From positions 334,663 to 398,662 of the forward strand of contig CAVTQH010000002.1 in assembly GCA_963736875.1 (NCBI GenBank): 64,000 nucleotides of DNA, written 5' to 3'. The translations under genes were made by a program, and so were the position numbers. The stretch is from Candidatus Amesbacteria bacterium. Its GTDB lineage: Bacteria; Patescibacteriota; Microgenomatia; CAZETR01; Amesbacteraceae. The number at the start of each line of letters is the position of its first letter. Positions within the stretch are counted from its first letter, which is position 1. This document shows positions 59,321-64,000 of this stretch, piece after piece. The notes below the pieces were generated by a model that was not told where the DNA came from, searched no databases, and saw nothing but the letters and a program-made list of their open reading frames with translations.

Positions 59321-61009
59321 AAAAAGATTTGATATTAATTCTTCTGCTGCTTCTTCCCGCCGTTGCCTGGCTTTTTCAGCCGGGATATCTTTCCATGCAC
59401 GATGATCTTCAGGCTTTCCGGCAGAAAGCTTTAGACGAATGTTTCCGGGACCGGCAGATCCCCTGCCGCTGGGTTTCAGAAATGGGTTATGGTTTCGGAT
59501 ATCCGCTTTTTAATTACTATCCCCCCCTGCCTTATTTAATCGGTCAGCCGTTCCGATTTTTGGGTTTCCAGTATCTTGATGTGGTCAAAATTGTCGGGGT
59601 AATCGGATTCGGTATTTGTGCATTAAGCATGTACTTTTTGGGCAGGCAGTTTTGGGGTAGGGGAGGAGGATTGATTTCTTCCCTGGTCTATACATATGCG
59701 CCTTACCATTCGGTGGATTTTTACGTCCGCGGAGCCATGAACGAATTTTGGGCCATGGCCATTTTTCCCGCCATTTTCTACACTTCTTACCGGCTGATAT
59801 CCGGCCGGAATAATAAATGGATTCCCCTGCTTTCATTATCAGTTGCGGCTTTGATGCTCTCGCACAATCCCATGCTGATGATATTTACCCCGGTATTGCT
59901 TGCCTGGTGCGTGTTTTGGCTTTGGAAATCGCGTTCCTGGAAACGATTTACACGCTCTGGCAGTTTCTGCTTTCTGGTCACTTGGTTTGGCCGCCTTTTT
60001 TACTCTTCCGGTAATTATCGAATCGCGTTTTGCCCATGTGGAGACCCTTACCATCGGCTACTTCAATTTTTTGGCCCATTTTCTTAACTTAAAGCAAATC
60101 TTTTTGCGCATCAATTGGGGTTACGGAGCATCGGTTTTGGGTTCGGGTGATGAAATGAGCTTTGCTTTGGGCTATCTGCAGTGGATCCTGCCGGCTCTGG
60201 TATTAATTTCTGTGTTATTTATCAAAAAACTCCGCGAAAATAAATTATTAATCCTATTACTATTACTGTTTACTGTTACTGCTTTATTCCTGTCCCATTA
60301 CCGCTCAACTCCCATATGGCTCAAATTTAAACCTCTGGAATTTCTCCAGTTTCCCTGGCGTTTTCTTACTTTGGCTGTCTTTTCAGCATCGTTTTTGTCC
60401 GGTGCAGTAATATTTGTAAATAAAAAAATACTTTCCCTGTTACTGTTACTGTTACTGTTACTTAATGCCAACTACTTCCGCCCCCGGGTTTGGTATCCGG
60501 ACATGACCGACGCTTCAAAATTTTCCGGGGACTCTCTCCGTTTGCAGGTTACAGCCAGCATTTTTGACTATCTGCCGATTTATGCACCGCTTCCGCCTCC
60601 CAATCCCGCCGGAGGTGATCTGGGAATAACCGGCGGGGAAGGGACTTTCACCCGGCTGGCCAAACGCTCCAATTTTCAGCAATACGAGGCGGACATCACA
60701 ACTTCAAAAGCAACGATAGAGCTGCAGACATTTTATTTTCCCGGCTGGCGGGTGTGGCTGGACGGAAAAGAAGTAAAAATCGATCCCTCCCGTGACCCGC
60801 TTCTCGGGCGGATGCAGATTGATGTCACTTCCGGCCGTCATTTGGTTACCGCCCGTTTTACCAACACCCCCATCCGAACTTTTGGTAACCTGCTGTCACT
60901 GGTCTCCTGGTTAATCCTCCTTGGCTGTTTGATTCCCAGAAAATCGGTGTACAATGGCAGGTATGTCTTTACCCGAAGTCAGGTGTCATCGAATAACGAT
61001 AAAAGCTGA
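59317..61009 (+). pseudogene. membrane protein of the PTPS-related/YfhO-like family (paralog of 50255..51913), frame-shifted
   Basis: ORF 59317..60087 (YAPYHSVDFYVRGAMNEF) and ORF 59900..61009 (QFPWRFLTL...FYFPGWRVWLDGKEVK) lie in different frames and overlap by 188 nt. Both halves are homologous to the halves of the 50255..51913 gene. Confidence 0.5.
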
Positions 61010-61259
61010 TTTTGATGTTTTTACCGAAAAGTTTGAGGAAATTGCCAGGTCATCCGGGGGCGGGGAATTCAAACTAACTTCACTGGCTTCCCCTGACAGA
61101 GCCAGGGTTAGGTCTCTGATAGGTGTGCACGAAATGTATCACAAAAAATTAAGTAAAAATCCGGAAGATCTGATGTCCGAAGCGGGTGTGATATTGACTA
61201 ATGCGGACTTACCGCCCCAACTTCAGGAAGAACATCCAATTTAAGGCTATAATCAATCC

Positions 61260-62735
61260 ATGGACGCGGAAGTGACGCTGGGGGATGTGGACCTGGCCAC
61301 AGTTAAAGCCAGGTCGGTATCGGGAATTGTGACTTTGATCAGCCGGTCTTTTGTGATTCAGCTGGTATCAACATTAGGATTTTTTCTGCTTTCGGTGTTT
61401 CTGGCCCGCCCGGAAATCGGATTGTTCATCGCCGTCAATGAATTAGTCTCCATTCTGGGATATTTTTCCGACATCGGTCTGGCAGCATCCTTAATCCAGA
61501 AAAAGGATAAAATTACTCTGACCGACCTGCGGACCACTTTCACTCTTCAGCAGATTCTGGTTCTAGTACTATTACTATTTACTATTACCATTTCCCCCTG
61601 GTTATTCAGCTACTATCATGTTTCCGGCGGGGGAGTCTGGCTGTTTTTCAGTCTTTTAACGGCTTTTTTTCTGGCATCTTTAAAAACTATTCCTTCGGTG
61701 GTTCTGGAGCGCCAGCTGCGGTTTGAAATTTTGGCCTTTGTGGAAATTATTGAGACTCTGATTTTTTATCTGGTAGCTGTGACACTCGCCTGGCAGGGGA
61801 GGGGAGTTGCCTCTTACGCCTGGGCTGTTCTTCTCAGGGGTTTTATCGGTACATCCCTGATTTATTTTCTGGCTCCCTGGAAAATCGGTCTGGCCATATC
61901 CAAAACCAGTCTCAGGTCATTATTATCCTTCGGTCTCCCCTATCAGATCAATACTTTAATGGCGGTCGTAAAAGACAGATTCTTAAATATTTTCCTGTGG
62001 AAAATAATCGGCGCTGACGGGGTGGGAATTATCGGTTGGGCCCAGACCTGGTCCCAGAAACCTCTGCGCTTTATCATGGACAATGTCACCAAGGTTACTT
62101 TCCCCGGTTTTGCCAGGCTTGCCGATCATCCGCAGGAACTGAAACAGGGAATAGAAAAAACGCTTTTTTTCATTTCTCTCGTAACTTTCCCCATAGTCGG
62201 CGGTCTGGCGGTACTTGCCCCCTCCCTCGTCGGATTGATTCCCAGATATTCCAAGTGGGAAGTAGCTTTGATACCCTTGGCTTTGTTTTGTTTCAACAGC
62301 GCCTGGGCTGCCGTATCCACTCCCTTAACCAATACTCTGAATGCTTTAGGCCGGGTAAAAATAAATACTTACCTGATGATTATGTGGACGGCACTTGCCT
62401 GGATACTGACCCCTTACATGGCGGTCAGATTTGGTTTTGTAGGTGTGGCTTATGCTTCAGCTTTAATTTCTTTAACCTCGGTTATTCCCGTAATTATTAT
62501 TAAGCGTCTGACTCATTTCAGTTTGTATTTATCATTTATCCGGCCGGCAGTAGCAACTATGGTTATGTTGACCGTGTCTTATCTGTTTACCGTTTCTTTT
62601 ACCGTTACTATTTATAATTTAATTCTGAACGTCATCATATCCGGACTGGTCTACGGTTTAGTTATTTACGGTTTGGTGGGTCCGGCCCTTTTAACAGATG
62701 TCCAAAAACTTTTGGCCGTTTTTAAAAACAAATAG
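61260..62735 (+). CDS. Wzx-like oligosaccharide flippase (MOP superfamily polysaccharide biosynthesis protein)
   Basis: 491 aa with about 14 TM helices. The N-terminal region is typical of polysaccharide biosynthesis (Polysacc_synt) proteins. Confidence 0.7.
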   Translation: MDAEVTLGDVDLATVKARSVSGIVTLISRSFVIQLVSTLGFFLLSVFLARPEIGLFIAVNELVSILGYFSDIGLAASLIQKKDKITLTDLRTTFTLQQILVLVLLLFTITISPWLFSYYHVSGGGVWLFFSLLTAFFLASLKTIPSVVLERQLRFEILAFVEIIETLIFYLVAVTLAWQGRGVASYAWAVLLRGFIGTSLIYFLAPWKIGLAISKTSLRSLLSFGLPYQINTLMAVVKDRFLNIFLWKIIGADGVGIIGWAQTWSQKPLRFIMDNVTKVTFPGFARLADHPQELKQGIEKTLFFISLVTFPIVGGLAVLAPSLVGLIPRYSKWEVALIPLALFCFNSAWAAVSTPLTNTLNALGRVKINTYLMIMWTALAWILTPYMAVRFGFVGVAYASALISLTSVIPVIIIKRLTHFSLYLSFIRPAVATMVMLTVSYLFTVSFTVTIYNLILNVIISGLVYGLVIYGLVGPALLTDVQKLLAVFKNK

Positions 62736-62791
62736 CCACTGGTGGCTGATTATCTTGGGTTCGGTTATTTGGTCTTTGACCATGGTAAAGA

Positions 62792-63903
62792 GTGGGTCTG
62801 ACCTACTCTTACGGAGTAGGTTTTTGGGGTCCCAACGGTCATGACGGCGTCTGGCATTTGTCCTTAATTGAAAGTCTTTCCCGGGGAAGTTTGGAAATGC
62901 CGGTTTTTGCCGGAGAACTGATCAGAAATTATCACATCGGATTTGATCTCTTGCTGGCTTTAATTCATCGGCTTTCTTTTATTCCGGTAAGTGTTTTGTA
63001 TTTTCAGCTGATCCCTCCCCTGCTGGCTTTCGGGATTGGTTTCTCTGTCTGGAAATTTATGCTTTTATGGACCAAAAGCCGTTCGGCTGCCATGTGGGGT
63101 TTGTTTTTTGTTTATTTTGGCGGCAGTTTCGGCTGGCTGGTAAATTTGCTTCGTGGTGCGGGTTTGGGCGGAGAGTCTATGTTCTGGGCTCAGCAAAGCA
63201 TCTCCACACTGATAAATCCCCCGTTTGCCCTGTCACTTTTAATAATATTCTTTGTATTGTATTTAATCCAAAAACCCATTTCCGGAAAAAAATTAATATT
63301 AGTCTCGCTTCTTATCGGTTCCCTGGTCATTGGTCAAAATTTATGCCGCGATTTTGTTTCTGCCGGGATTGGCATTGTCCGCTCTTTACAATCGTAAATT
63401 ACTCAAGCTTTTTACTTTTGTCTTCTCTCTTTTCCCTGCTTTTTTACCTACCGTTTAACCGTCTGGCCTCGTCCCTGATAGTTTTTCAGCCCTTCTGGTT
63501 TATCGAAAACATGCTTGCCCTGTCAGACCGTTTTTTCTGGCCCCGGCTTTACAGCGCGATGATTGTCTACAAAACCACCCGTAACGTGATTAAATTTATT
63601 CCCGCTTACAGTCTGGCGATATTGATTTTTCTGGCAGGTAATCTGGGTGTCCGCATGTTGGGTTTGGTTAAAATCAGAGAGCTGAAAAAAACCGACCCGG
63701 TAAATATTATTTTGTGGGTCATAGCTCTCCTGGGTTTTATTTTCCCCTTATTATTTATCCAGCGGGGAACCCCCTGGAATCCCATCCAGTTTTTCTACTA
63801 TTCGCAATTTGCTCTCGGTCTGTTTGCTGCCCGGATTATATCCAAATTAAACATCAAATACGGGATATTAGTCGTTACTGTTAACCATTCCTACCACTAT
63901 TAA
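62792..63903 (+). pseudogene. polytopic membrane protein (possible polymerase/ligase of the glycan pathway), split over three frames
   Basis: ORF 62792..63397 covers the N-terminal TM helices. A third frame between about 63300 and 63440 reads KIYAAILFLPGLALSALYNRKLLKLFTFVFSLFPA. ORF 63067..63903 carries the C-terminal TM helices, and its first 100 aa are junk. The second junction lies at a T6 run (ctgcttttttacc). Confidence 0.4.
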
Positions 63904-64000
63904 CACTCTCGGGCATTATCTTCCGTCCCGCCCTCCGGCAATGATATCCAAAGAGGAGTTATCAGCCCTGAAATTTCTTTCATCCCGCCCGCAGGGGGTC

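Noticed and set aside
60954-61244. 96-aa ORF overlapping the end of the 59900..61009 gene
   Set aside because: It has no recognisable motifs and a 56-nt overlap with the upstream gene. It could be real but is unsupported.
1-64000. CRISPR arrays / cas genes
   Set aside because: No regularly spaced short direct repeats were seen. The only repeats are protein-coding tandem duplications and paralog segments.

Overview
The window reads as gene-dense bacterial DNA with about 48% GC and mostly co-directional, tightly packed or overlapping genes. The content looks like a small-genome uncultivated bacterium, possibly Patescibacteria/CPR-like (CPR, Candidate Phyla Radiation). That lineage call is inference from gene content only and cannot be verified here. 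UGA, UAG and UAA all act as stop codons, so the code is standard.

Housekeeping genes are recognisable. They include secA, epmA next to efp, prfB, the ftsE-ftsX-M23 peptidase (EnvC-like) operon, typA/bipA, an Fe/Mn superoxide dismutase, trmD, glgA, an ABC-2 exporter pair, an ECF sigma factor, acylphosphatase, a Crp/Fnr regulator, an SPFH protein, a 3-hexulose-6-phosphate synthase homolog and a 2'-5' RNA ligase.

Between these sit large accessory blocks:
- (a) 3.7-11.3 kb: a 1496-aa multidomain secreted protein with a dockerin-like pair, immediately followed by a protein with a cohesin-like N-terminal domain and two near-identical 552-bp tandem modules. This is a candidate mini cohesin-dockerin surface complex.
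- (b) 34-41.8 kb: tandem paralogous secreted proteins with Pro/Thr (PT)-rich linkers and two FN3 proteins ending in LA[S/F]TG sorting signals. A sortase follows, and then DUF11-type repeat surface proteins.
- (c) 48-64 kb: a glycosylation island with three GT2 enzymes, at least seven GT-C-type membrane proteins including tandem paralogs, and a Wzx-like flippase.
- A free-standing AT-rich HNH/NUMOD-type (NUMOD, nuclease-associated modular DNA-binding domain) homing-endonuclease-like gene abuts secA.

At least five genes (a DHH/DHHA1 NrnA-like gene, four membrane glycosylation genes and possibly one DUF11 gene) are split by 1-nt frame changes, mostly at homopolymers of five or more bases. This pattern suggests assembly indels rather than biology.

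I found no CRISPR array, rRNA or tRNA. I cannot point to a defence system with confidence. The most system-like novelty I can support is the adjacent dockerin/cohesin-like pair and the sortase-E-like LAxTG module.
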